Shown in pieces: positions 21,363-33,980 of a stretch of DNA of 64,000 nucleotides. The notes beneath the pieces were generated by a model. It did no database searches and was not told the origin of the DNA. It worked only from the letters and a program-made list of their open reading frames with translations. This DNA comes from Bispira polyomma (taxonomy: Eukaryota). The translations under genes and the position numbers were made by a program. The number at the start of each line of letters is the position of its first letter. Position 1 is the first letter of the stretch. Location of the stretch: positions 34,410,001-34,474,000 of the forward strand of contig OZ287758.1 of assembly GCA_965649765.1 (NCBI GenBank), given 5' to 3'.

Positions 21363-24300
21363 TTACAAACAAATATCCAGACTATTATCAACTGTAACAT
21401 GACATAAATAGTTATTACCCTCCCATAACTTCTTAAACTTTGATAAAGAAAGACGCTTGAAGTCAGCTAAGATTCGTAACCTAATATTAGTAATAAATGT
21501 AAACTTAATATAATTATAATCTACATTCTTTTCTTTAAATTTATGCTTATTTCTGGCTACCCAAATAGCCCATCTACCCTCAGCTAACAAAATGATGAAC
21601 AAAATATTAAACTTAGAAAATTTTGACTTCTGAAAGACATTAAAAACAATATTTTTAGCAGTAACCTTAACAGTCTGCCCGGACACTTTAGATAATATAC
21701 CTTCTATAAAATTCCATAAGGATATAACAATTGGACAATTAAAAAATAGATGATCAACAGTTTCTACATGAAAATTACACAATACACATTTAGGACTCTT
21801 GACAATTTTATTGAGATGATATAAATAGGCATTAACCGGAACAATATGGTAAGTCGATAAGTGATGTTTTGACCTTCAGACAATAACAAAGAAATGGAAT
21901 TATTAGCAAAAGCTTCATCAAAATTAATATTAGGATATACCCCCCAGATACGAGGTAAAACATAATTCTTTTCCATCAAAATATCATAAACCTTCTTAAC
22001 AGTGAGCTGACTAAAATCAATATTGGGTTGTAACAGCACAAAATCCTTAAAATTGTCTAAAGCTTGTTGATAAAAATATGGCTTTTCAAAACTGCAAGGT
22101 AAAGTATTATCATAAACACAATCAAAAAGATATTTTCTCAAATCCATCCGAAGCCAAAACATAGCAAAATCTTTCCATTTCCTATAAAGACCATACAATA
22201 AACTACTAATATGAATGATAGAAAAAGCTTTAAGCTTGGTTTCAATATGAGATAAATCCAGACCACCCTTTAAAACAGTATTATATAATACTTCCCTCTT
22301 TAAAGCTTCAATCCTATCTGACCATACAAAATTAAACATTTTTGATTTAAACTTTCTTAGATAACATTCTGGCAAAGGAAAAACTACCCCAGTATACCAC
22401 AACTTACTCAGACCCAAACACTTTAATAATACAGACTTGCCATTCAAAGTTAGATTCCTTAACTTATTCAAATTAATAACTTTCTCAAATTGTGACCAAA
22501 CTGTACCCCACGTTTCTAACATACAATCACCATTACCCAACTGAACTCCACAAACTTTTAAAGAACTATACGACCACTGTAACCCCAAAAGATTCCTATT
22601 TGGATCACCCTAATTACCTATCCATAACCCCCAAGACTTTTCTTTATTCAACTTAGCTCCTGATACAAACCCATGCTATTCACAAATATTTAAAATCTTA
22701 GAAATTGACAATGTATTCATAACAACAAAAGTGCAGTCATCTGCATATTGCGATATCCGACAATCCACACCAGAACCAGGGATCCGAAATCCCTGGATAT
22801 GAGCATTAGCCCTAATAACATTACCAAAAGGTTCTATACACAAGACATACAATAATGGTGACAAACTACATCCCTGTCTGACACTACGCTTCACCGGAAA
22901 CAGATCTGTAAAAAAAACCATTAACTAATACGGTACTCTTAATGTCAAAATATAAAAGACGAACCCAATTAACAAAATCCGGTTCAAAACCAAATTTAGA
23001 CAAAACTTTAAACATATAATCATGATCAACACGATCAAAGGCTTTTGATTGATCTAAGGACAACAAAATACACTTCACTTCTTTCTGATGAGAATAATCT
23101 ATAATATTGCGCATTAAATGTATATTATCTTGTATTGATCTTCCAGGTACTGCTGCTGTTTGGTCCAAACTGATTAAATTACCCATAACTTTCTTTAAAC
23201 GATTAGTCAAAACCTTACTAATTACTTTGTAATCAACACACAAAAGTGAAATAGGCCTCCAATAATTAAGAAGATCAGATTTTTCAGAATTCTTACATAT
23301 CAATGTGACAACCCCTAACTTTCGAGTTTCAGACAAAGATTGATTTTTAAAACAAGAATTTGCAATATTAATAAAAGTATCCCCCAAGAAATCCCAAAAA
23401 GTACAATAAAATTCTTTAGGCAGCCCATCTATGCCAGGTGACTTATTATTTTTCATATCAAACAAAGCTTTATGACACTCCTGCTTAGTTAATAAACCCT
23501 CACACAAAATATTTTGTTCTTGATTTAAACACTTTAAGTCTTTTAAAAAATAATCGACAAGACTGATCAATTTCCTCTTTTTCAAATAATTCAATATAAA
23601 ATTGTCTAACATGCTTTAAAATATCATTCTTATCAGTAACACAAAATCCCTCCCCAATATTTAACCTATCAATAACTTTCCGTTCAGCCCTCTTTTTCTC
23701 CTTATTCAAGAAATACCGTGATGGTTTCTCAACAAAACTTAAACTATTAATTTTGGACCTAACCTTACAACCCTGGGAAAAACTATCTAAAACTTTATTT
23801 ATTTCAGTTTCTATTTCTTGAAGCTTACTTTTATAAAGGCCAAGAGTATTTTTATTTAAAGTCTGAAATTTCAAAAAATCACGCCGAAGTTCTTTATATT
23901 TAAACCTATGTGCACTATTAATTCTTTTAGAGTGAAGCTGAATGACATGCTTGCAATCAAATTTAAATTTGTCCCAAATAGCTGATGTAATTTCATCCAC
24001 CCCCTGTAAAATCTATCCCACAAAGCTTTAATATCACCTTGCAAATACGGGTCTTGAAGCACTGAAGTATTACATTTTCAAAATTCCGGCCCCATGCCAC
24101 CAGAAAGTTTGTTTAAATTCAATTTTAAGGAAACACAAGCATGGTCAGAAATACTGTTTATAATTGGCAAATGATCAAGAACTACAAAAGACCGCTTAAT
24201 AGATGTAGAAGTATAAAACCTGTCCAACCTACACAATACCCTACCCCGAGAACTTGTCCCCTCCCAAGTAAAAAGCCTCTTTGTTTTATATAACTCCCTA

Positions 24301-24929
24301 AATGGATCACATCAAGAAAAATCACTAACTAAACACTTCATTTCCCTACTACCAATATCCCCAGCTAAAACATCCCCACCTTTCTTGTCCAAGGCTAAGT
24401 CATCTACAAAATTAAAATCCCCACCTAAAAGTAATTTTCTTTTTGTAACCAAATATTTTGATAAATTTGAAATAAAGAGTTTTCTATCAACATTATTATT
24501 CGGAACATAAACATTAATCAAACGAAATTCCACATTATCAATATTTAAATCCAAAATTAAAAGCCTACCTTCAAAATCAAAATCATAAACATTAATCAAA
24601 CGAAATTCCACATTATCAATATTTAAATCCAAAATTAAAAGCCTACCTTCAAAATCAAAATCAAAACTGACTACATCATAACCTAAGGCTGAACTTAACA
24701 AGATTCCTACACCGCATGAATGTTTTTGTACAACAGACCAGAAAACTTTCCCCTCAAAAGTATTGTCCCAGTATTTAGCCTCCTTAATATTTGTACAATG
24801 CGTCTCTTGAATGAATAAAATGTCCCACCCTTCTAAAGAAAACATATTAAACAAATTCTGCCTCTTACCAATATCCCTAAACCCCCTTACATTTAAACTT
24901 GCTATATTTAACCCCCTATGACTTGACAT
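21363..24929 (-). pseudogene. ORF2 family C (APE, RT, zinc finger), multiple frameshifts
   Basis: Collinear ORF pieces with SLNVRG, GGDFN, KSPGIDGLP, QYADD, ETVDHLFFNC; in-frame 78-bp tandem duplication in the APE. Confidence 0.88.
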
Positions 24930-25279
24930 ATTTTCATAATAAAAATGTGTATATATACATATATATATATAAAAACAGACCTGCTAACAGTATACAATAT
25001 TCCAAAAATATAAAACCAAGTATAATGTCCAAAACCAAGTCCAAAATCATGTCCAAAATCCATCATCCAAGTCCAATCCATCAGTTCTGCCAAGGCCATA
25101 TCCACAAATCAAATCCGAAAGAAAAAACAAAGTCCGACAATCCAAAGAAAAACACAGACCGATAAACAAAGTCCAAGTCCGAAAATCATAGTCCATAAGC
25201 CGTATCCAAGGTCATAATTCAAAAATCAGAGTCCTGACCATAATCCAAAAAAACACAATCCTCAAACAGCTCCAGGTCG

Positions 25280-26413
25280 TCACTTAATAGTCTTTGAAGA
25301 TAGCTTGTCCTTCCGCCTCTTCTTCTTTGCCCTCTGGTCTTTAACCGTGTCATCCGTAGCCGTGCTGTCCTCGTCAATTACCAGATGCGAATCACTATCT
25401 GTCCCACCATCCGACACATCACCCTCATAATCATCTCTGCCTGGATGGGAATCATACAAGTCACTGGCCACGGTGCCGTCTTCAGCCGTATCCCCCTTAA
25501 CTTCCGCTGAAAAATCAGGACTGTTACCCATCTGACTGGCCCCATTGCCTTCTTTCTCAGCCATATTTGTCTGCCTTAAAATACTTTCATCACCTTGGTA
25601 ATTAACATCATCCCCCGGAAAATCACAACTCATAGCTGCCTCAGTCACTACCTTCCTGTTAGGGTCTGTCCTGGATGCAAAGGTATCCTCTTGACTCGGA
25701 CAATCTTTTTTAATGTGGCCAATGCCCTTACAGGCAAAACACACCGGCCCTCTCCCAGGAACCGTAACCAAGACTGAATACGAAGTCCCGCCGTACCAAA
25801 TACTGTCTAGACTAGGTAATATAACACCCTCTTCAGGCTCTAAAATAACACTTCTTACACTTGTCTTGACATGGTGACAACCATCAATGTTAGAGTAATC
25901 CCAGAAAAAACTCTTGACTAATCCAAACATAGAAAAATATGCAATCACATGCGCCCATGGCACAAACGCAGGCAACCAATGCAACTGCACCTTCACCAAT
26001 TCCTTGGATAAAGATATCAGTCTCGCCTTGTGATCCCTAATGATCAAATTGGCACTCAAAAGTGAAGCAGCCGAATCCTCAGACGTGAAAGATGCCAACC
26101 AAACATGATTTGAGTTCACCGGCCCAAAAGCCTCCAAAGTATCCATGTCTACATGTCGCCTCAAGGAATCCAACACATGATTTCTCAAATAGGGGTTTCC
26201 CTCCTTCGGCAATATTATCTTCACTGTGTAATCCCTTGAAGGCGGGTGGCTGTCCATACACACCAACAAATTCCTCAAAGACTGACTTTCCAAAGCCAAT
26301 TTTGCTGTCGCCAAAGTTTTCTCGAAAGAGTCCATATCATATCTGGAATACCTAATTTTGTAATCCACAAAAGAATCATTCATTGCTCTTGTAATAAAAT
26401 CATCATCTGCCAT
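25280..26413 (-). CDS. ORF1 family C: single zinc-knuckle protein
   Basis: LHWLP, PGRGPVCFACKGIGHIKKDC, basic C-terminus; lacks the second knuckle of A and B. Confidence 0.85.
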   Translation of the reverse strand: MADDDFITRAMNDSFVDYKIRYSRYDMDSFEKTLATAKLALESQSLRNLLVCMDSHPPSRDYTVKIILPKEGNPYLRNHVLDSLRRHVDMDTLEAFGPVNSNHVWLASFTSEDSAASLLSANLIIRDHKARLISLSKELVKVQLHWLPAFVPWAHVIAYFSMFGLVKSFFWDYSNIDGCHHVKTSVRSVILEPEEGVILPSLDSIWYGGTSYSVLVTVPGRGPVCFACKGIGHIKKDCPSQEDTFASRTDPNRKVVTEAAMSCDFPGDDVNYQGDESILRQTNMAEKEGNGASQMGNSPDFSAEVKGDTAEDGTVASDLYDSHPGRDDYEGDVSDGGTDSDSHLVIDEDSTATDDTVKDQRAKKKRRKDKLSSKTIK

Positions 26414-26510
26414 TTTGCAACAAAAAGAAAACCTCAACTCGAAAAACAACGAAAGATTCCTTAACTTAGAAATCGCAAATAAACCAGGCCAAGAGACTAC
26501 TTTGTAATCG

Positions 26511-26533
26511 TAGCCAAAAGGCCGAGAAGCGAC
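26511..26533 (-). ncRNA. RNU2: U2 snRNA 5' fragment (nt 1-23)
   Basis: GTCGCTTCTCGGCCTTTTGGCTA downstream of the PSE-like element. Confidence 0.9.
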
Positions 26534-27651
26534 GCCCTCAATTCAGTTCCAAGGACTTTTAGAGTCCAAGTGAACTGCTCAACTATGGTTGGTACTGTCT
26601 GAATAAAACTGTGAAACTGTCGTGGCGTGTCGCGCGGTTTGGGCCTTTCTCATGTGTGTCAGTGGCTGGTGGTCTGTGGCCAAGCTTTAGTGGCACTTTT
26701 AGTGCCACACTAGAAATGCCAGATTATGCCCCACACCAACACTGTGGCAGACTGCAGCACACTGGGCTGGCAGTCATGTGGAGTGTTGTCTGTCCTGCAT
26801 GGACGTTTTTAGGATAAAAATGCACTAAAAACAGTGGGAGAGATCACAGAGGACAAAAATACATTAAAAAACCCATGGTTCATCACTCAACTGACTGTTG
26901 GGGGGCAGAGTTAATTACAGGCGTGGGTGTGAGGCCAGACTGCCCGACATTCGGGTATGTTGAGGCCATGAGGCAGGCAGTCGGGCAGCAAGTATTCAGA
27001 AGCCATTAACCGTACGTGGGGCCAACTGTCAGGCTTTAAAAGGAGGCCCGGCTACTCGGTTGGGTTAGGGCTGTGGATCTCTCAGGATCTCTGAGGATCT
27101 GTGGGATCTGTCTTGAGTGGCTACTGTGCTCACAGGATGGATGTAGTGAGTGACTCAGTCAATGAATTAGTCAATCAATCAATCAAACAATTAACAACAC
27201 TCACTCGTCCCAATTGTGTAGTACACACACTTGTATGCACTGAGAAGTATTCTCCCCCTTTTCTGCTGCTGCTGCCATTCACAATATACATCTTCACACA
27301 GTCAGTAAGTTTTGATTCTATTTTCTAATAATCTATCAAGCAGTCGGTCAACCCAAATAAGAAAATAAATTGCCAATCAGTAACTGAGTACAAAAACCGA
27401 CATTGCCCACCAACAGTGAAATGAAATCAAAACACAGCACACATTTCAAACAAGTTTCTTTTATTTTCCTTTCTAGACATGCAGCCAGTCAGTCACCCAA
27501 TCACCCATGAAATGAAAACACCCAATTATTATTTTTTTTTTTTTTTTGCACTACTAGTTCTTTAAGCCTAATACACGACTAGATGGTCGCACACAGCAGC
27601 GCAAACTGAGTTGTGTTGGTTGTTCATTACTTTTTAAATCCCCAAGCTTGG

Positions 27652-27752
27652 GGGTGGGCCATTCCTGGAGGTACTGCAATACCAGGCCAACCCGTGGAGG
27701 GGTCGGAGCAAGCTCCTGCATCCCCTTCTAGTTCTAAAAATCAGTTTAATAT
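27652..27752 (-). pseudogene. RNU2: U2 snRNA 3' fragment (about nt 90-190)
   Basis: Sm site and stem-loops III/IV present; 5' half replaced by unrelated A-rich sequence. Confidence 0.92.
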
Positions 27753-28929
27753 TGATTAATATTTTTTTTACCTAATAATTGTACACTCCAACTTTTGAGG
27801 CACACTATTTTATCACCAGAGGGCTCAATGTGGGTCTAAAGGTTAAGCAAAGAACACTAAAAAGAGAATGAACAAACCAAAAGAACAGGCTTTTTAATAT
27901 GGTTTTACATAAACAAGGTACTATAAAGATGGTTTTTATTGATATATGATGCTAGATTTTGTTTCTTGTTTGTATTCTTCTTCTGTTGAGCTGATTCTAT
28001 TTTCTATTCTCCATTTCCTATTTTTCTTCTCCTTGTGTACTGTAGGTTTGGGATAGGCTTGCATATGTCGATTGATGTTTGGGCTGCCAGTCGATCCATG
28101 GTTAGGATTGATTGAGAGATTCCCTGCCACTGTGGTCTTGCTATGCTGAGAGAGCTAGAGGCCCTTAAAAGGCTTAGACATTTTCTTAATAAAAGAAAAA
28201 ACACTAGTTTGTTTGTTTGTTTTGTTTTATAGTCAAGACTTGTTTTGATTTCTATTTATCTATTATTGTTGTTTAAAATAAAGTAAATTGGCTAGTAGAA
28301 TTTTTTATTTTTAAAATAATTTAAGGTGATTTCTGTTTGGGACTGGCTTTTGCCATGTTATAGACGCATGGTGTCAAAGCCTGTCCAACCTTGAGAGGAA
28401 AATAATTTTTTTAGAAGATCTTAGCTATTTATAAACAATATATCACATATATTTGATATGTTTGTTCACTCACTAAACGTTTTACTTAAATCTTAAACAA
28501 GCTTGGTTATATAGTATTTGGTATTACATCAGTAGCTCAGCAAAAAGGTAGATTCAACGTCTCTTAAACCTTATAGTACTTGACCTTACATCCGTAACCC
28601 AGCAAGATGTAAGACCAAAATCTGTTAGGCCTGATGGGTGTAGAAATTAGCTTGCTTGTGTGGTACCTGGCCTTACATCAGTAACCTAGCATGAAGTTAA
28701 AGAGAGAGATATTTCTATGGGAAAGGGGGTGGTTTACTCGTTGCGTTACTTTTAGATTTCTTTACTTTATACTCAGTCTGTTAGGCTATTGCCGCAGAGT
28801 AGAGTATTTTACTTAATTGCTGTTACTGGGTTGTGCATTTTAATAGAGGTTTCATGATTGAACCAGTTGGTATTTTTTCTTTTTTTTAAATTCTATATTA
28901 AGGATAACACATTTTTAGCTGTTGTTCTA

Positions 28930-29448
28930 GGTTTTTTGTTCCAGGTTGGTTTAGGCCATCATTGTTGAAAAATTCTTTTTTGATAGTTGGTAGGTCCAAA
29001 GGATGTTGCTTATGTAGGAAGAATTTGACCTAGTTCCATGCAAGGTAGTGTCCTTTTTGTTTGTTTTTTGGTTGAGCCAATCTGTTAATTTTTTTATTTT
29101 TGGCCAAGACGATTCGTAATCTTTGGGTCTGGGTAGGATTGTGTTGAAGATTATTTTTAAATCTTTATTTTTTGTATGTGTCAGGTCTAAAAGCTCGACT
29201 ATGTCCATCTTTAAAGCAGAGTAGCTTTTCTGTTCAGTATCATTGGTTTCAATGTGTAGTATTAAGGTGTTGTAGCTGCTCAGATATGGGTTGTTATTTT
29301 GGAGTGTTTAAGTCAGTCGGGAAGTGGTACAACCTCTAAAACATTTCATTTCTGAGGTATATTCTTTACCTGCTTTTGTTGAATCCCACGATTGAACCCA
29401 TTTTATGATGCTGTCTCCTAAGATTAATATTTTGTGAGGGTCTGTCAT
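28930..29448 (-). pseudogene. SGNH/GDSL hydrolase-like ORF (one stop, one frameshift)
   Basis: MTDPHKILILGDSII...CFRGCT...LILHIETND...IIFNTILPRP...NDGLN match SGNH blocks I, II, III and V in degenerate form. Confidence 0.7.
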
Positions 29449-29756
29449 CTGGAATTACATAGAAGAGAAACCATTCATGTTTTAGTCTTAGGGTTTTTGT
29501 GTTCTCTAATCTGGTTTTGTTGGGCCTGGCTTGGTGTATTAATTTAGGGGTAAATTTTTTCCCAGTATCAGTTAGGCCATTTGTGCTGATTTCTGGTCAC
29601 ACCATTGATCTTAAATGCTACCTGATGGATGTTTTGGTATGTTTTTTACATCCTCTAGTTTATGGGGTTGAGCTAGGCTGTGGTTTGGATGTTTTAGGGG
29701 GTCGACACGATCACATTTTAATAATAGTCTGTTATATATATTTCTGATGGTGCATT

Positions 29757-29957
29757 TTAAGTTACACCAATTTCATATGAAATGGAGATCTTTTGATAGG
29801 TTAGGATTGTTCTTCTCATTAGTGGGTCTTTAGGTATTTTATGGAAAGAGTTTATCTGAGAAAAGCCATTTTTGAGATAGGGTTCTGTTTTTCGGCATGT
29901 GTTTAGTATATGATATTGAGTTTGAGGGGAGCCACATTTTGGGCAATTTTGCAAGGT
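29757..29957 (-). mobile_element. L1-clade ORF2 C-terminal CCHC fragment
   Basis: CPKCGSPQTQYHILNTC; appears to continue the fragment at 35438-35880. Confidence 0.55.
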
Positions 29958-30452
29958 AGCCACCCCGGGGCTAGTAAGGTCAGTGCTGTACCTTAAAAAC
30001 AATACTTACCTTAGTCAGATCACAGTGACCCCTCCTCTGATTGGCTGGCAGCTGGCCCACATATTAATTATTTCCCGTTAAAAGCATATAACCACCATTA
30101 AAATTTAAGAAACTGAAAGGGCAACACGCCATTTTAACTTATAAAATTTTTTGAATTTGTTATTGGATATTTTATACTTTACATCTTATTTACAAGTTTT
30201 AATTATTATTGTTGTGTGTGTGTACTGCCGAGAGGAGTCTCCGTCATACTGTGAAGGGAAAAGCTGGATTTCACTTCCATTATAGTCAATATTGGGCTTT
30301 GACATATGCGAATGCCGCTTCACTTTTGGAGCTACGGTTAAAGGGCTGTTCTCACTTCTATTCTGGTGTTAATTACATAAATTTACTAGTCAAATTCAAC
30401 AGCTCGGGATACGCATATATCAAAGCACAATTCTCCTTGTATATGATTTCAG

Positions 30453-31485
30453 ATGGCTCCGAGAAAAAAACTATTTATGTAACTCTTGCAATACCAAACA
30501 TGTAAAACCTATCAATGAAAATTGTCCCTATATTGAGGACGAGGAGACAGTTAGTGACAATGCTAGTGAAAGTAGTGACATTTCGGCAAAGGAAATAAAT
30601 TTACGGATTTTACAAGAACTTCAGCCATTGAATGGCCGTATGACGGCAGTGGAGAGTAAAGTGAACATTTCTGATCAATCTGCCTCGTTGGCAGCGTCTA
30701 GTGCTAACGTTAGCCTGTCTGGGGCGACTGCAAGACTATCAACTACCTCAGCGACAAGTCCTGGGCTACAGCAGCTGCCCAGTGGGATGGAAGATCTGTT
30801 GGTGCCATCCCTGACTACATTGAAGACGTCTGAGCATCTCCAAAGAGCTGTAGACTGCAGGTTGAAAGAACTGGCTCATTTAAACGACGCAGGTAACCAA
30901 AAGTCTCAGAGGGGTGGGTCAGAAACTGTTTGGGTAAAGAAAAATGTGCCCTGGCCACAAAACCACATTCTGGGGGGTCAAAATAAAAGCCGCTCATCGT
31001 ACGATAGTTTATCTATGGCCCAATGGGTCTCAGGGTTCTGTGCGATTATTAGGGATGAAAAAGATAATAATACCAAAGATTCAATGTTAGAATATGTGTA
31101 AGACCTCATGGAGGACGCGCACGATTTCTCCTGGAGTGCTGCAAAAGGCAGTCATGCAGTTCTGCTGTGCAGAATGGAGGAAGGGAAGGTAACTTGGCAG
31201 GACACTGCTAAAATTGATCGAATAAGAAGAGCTTATGCTCAGAAAATAGTTAGCAATGGCCACTCGGGTGCTTCCTCCACAAGATTTTCCACTAGCAAAT
31301 CTAGCGAAAAAGGGCTGCCTTGCAGATATTTCCAAAGGGGTGCTTGTACTAACAAAACAGATCATGAGACTAAAGGTCAATTGTACTTACATATATGCTC
31401 AGTTTGTCATACCAGTGGGAAATCATACCCCCACAGTGCTAGAGACTGTCACAAAAACAAGGCTAGTAATGCAAAAAATGAATGA
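30453..31485 (+). pseudogene. gag-like ORF of the YR retrotransposon
   Basis: N-terminal CNSCNTKHVKP...C motif, WPQ...YDSLSMAQWVSGF, C-terminal CRYFQRGAC...HICSVC...H...C. Confidence 0.7.
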
Positions 31486-32269
31486 GGCACTGCAAACAAG
31501 CAGTGCCTGAACCCCATGTTGATCAAGATTCTCGGGTTAAAGTAAACAAACCAAAATGTAAAAAGTTAACAAGAGAAAGGTGGTTTACAGAAAGAATTGT
31601 ATATAATTCCAAATGTGTGTCTAACTATATGTCTGGACAAGGGGGCTACCATAACTGGAGAGCAGATTTGGCAAAATATCAAAATAAAACTTATGCAGAA
31701 GTAGTACAAAAAAATCAAAATGTGGACATTGAAAACAAAAAAGTAAATAGGCTTGTTGCAAGTGTCAAAAGCACAGGCTCAGCTTATAGCCCCCTCGTCC
31801 AAAAAGAAATACTTTGTACAAATGTATATCATAACAATGACTCTGAAAGAAACGTGTAAAACCCAGAACAAACCAATTAGGCTTGTTCGACAAGGTGACA
31901 CCAAACTCGAGAGAACAAAGGCAAACTGCCACCTCCTGGGTAACAATAGGGTTACACAAAAGCGAAAGGGAACAATACCAGTGGTTGTGCGTGGTCAAGA
32001 AAGGGACATTCAATGTAACAATAGGTTTAACCCCCTTTTGGCCCTTACCGAAGTCGATCAAGTAGAACGACTAACTGACAACAGTGTTAATGACACTAGT
32101 AAAGCCCAAAAGTGTGTCAACAATACACGTGAGTTAAACTCAAATGTCAACGTGCCGGTGGAGGACAAATACCAATTAGAACTCCAAGTTAAAAAGAGGC
32201 ATAGGCAAACAGTTGAGTTAGCTAAAGACAACAAAACATTCCAAGCATGGAATGACCAGAATAAGGAAA

Positions 32270-33967
32270 AGTTTGGTTTTATACCTCTAGGAGATTTGTG
32301 TATACCTAGTACCATAAGCCATAACGTACCCATTGAGGCTCCACTGGCATTATATGAAAAAGTAAAAAGTCACAAAGTTCCAAATTATTTGGGTGCACAA
32401 ATTCCCGTACAATCTGAATTGAATGTAGCGAACTGGGAAAAGCTATTGCGAGACTACTGGGACAAACTTTGGTTTTCCATTAAATTTCGACAGAAAGAAT
32501 AACTTGCACCATACCGGGGATAACCATACATCGGCCACTCAATACGAGAGTGACGTAAAGGCATACTTAAAAGAGCAAAAAGACTTTGGTGCCATTATAG
32601 GCCCCTTTAAAAAACCTCCCATTGAAAAATTACATATATCACCCTTCATGACTAGGCCAAAGCCAGATGGGGATCTTAGAAGGGTAATTATCGACTTAAG
32701 TTTCCCTCACGGCCTAGCAGTGAACTCTTGCAATTGCAAGCAGTGAACACTTGCAATTGCAAGAGACACCTATTTGGGAACTCCCTTTCTGTTAACATTG
32801 CCAACTATTGATGATATTACCAAAAACATTGTTAAATTAGGAAAAGGAGCCTTATTATATAAGCTAGACATAAGTCGGGCATTCCGTCATGTGAAAATAG
32901 ACCCGGCAGACTATGAGCTATTAGGTTTAAAATTGGATGATATATATATCGATACATGCTTACCATTCGGCTATCGTCATGGAAGCGCGATTTTTCAGCG
33001 CCTAAGTGACGCCATACGCCATGACGTCACGTGGTTATGACGTCATCAACTATATTGATGACGTCATAGGTTTTGGCCAACAAGAAATAATACAAGAAGC
33101 CTTTAATACGTTAAAAACTTTATTTCAAGAGTTAGGTTTCACATTAAGCAAAAAGAAAATTGTAGACCCAAATACTAAGGTCATTTGCCTAGGTGTCCTT
33201 ATTGACACAGACACATTCACGGTCTCCATACCCGATGCAAAATTAAAATACAGGATATATGTAGTGCATGGAATAGAAACAAAACGTGTACAAAACGACA
33301 ATTGCAATCTTTGTTAGGCTCGTTACTATACATTTCCAAATGTGTAAAATCCTCTAGGGCATTTCTCAACAGAGTGTTAGACACATTGCGTTCAGCCGAC
33401 AATACAGCATGTATCAAATTGAATACTGTATTTTTTCAAGACCTAAATTGGTTTCAAAAGTTCTTACCTACGTTTAATGGAGTAGCTTTCTTTAACCATG
33501 CACCAATCACAGAGCAGGTCGAATTAGATGCATGTTTACAAGGGTTAGGCGCTAGATATGGGAACCAAGTATACACAAAACAAATTCCATTAGGATTTAG
33601 GGATTATACAATTGTACATTTAGAAATGATCAATATCTTAGTAGTCATACGAGTATGGAAACACCAATGGACGGGAAAAAAGTTGCTAGTCCATTGTGAC
33701 AATCAAGCGGTAGTGCATGTTTTGAATTCAGGCAAAACATATGATCTCACACTAGCAGCAATGGCAAGGAACATATTTATGGAAACAGCGCAATCAGACA
33801 TCGAGTTACGAACTGTCCATATATTAGAGAAAAATAGCTGTACAGCTGATTTGCTGTCCAGATGGCATTTGACAACCGATAATGTAGAAAAACTAAACAC
33901 ACTAATACCACGTCCAGAATGGCTATTAGTAAAAGATGATACTTTAGAATTGGACTGGTCAATATAA
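32270..33967 (+). pseudogene. RT and RNase H of the YR retrotransposon (frameshifted)
   Basis: RRVIIDLSFP, KLDISRAFRH, LPFG, NYIDD, LDACLQGLG, HLEM, HCDNQA, ADLLSR. Confidence 0.88.
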
Positions 33968-33980
33968 AATGTAATTTCAG

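Larger units (their letters stand above)
20871..26510 (-). mobile_element. Tx1/Keno-like non-LTR retrotransposon, family C (full length, frameshifted)
   Basis: ORF1, APE-RT-CCHC ORF2, 3' UTR of about 490 nt ending AATAAATTTTATGAAAATGAAAAAA|GTATCTGTT (U2 nt 36/37). Confidence 0.92.
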
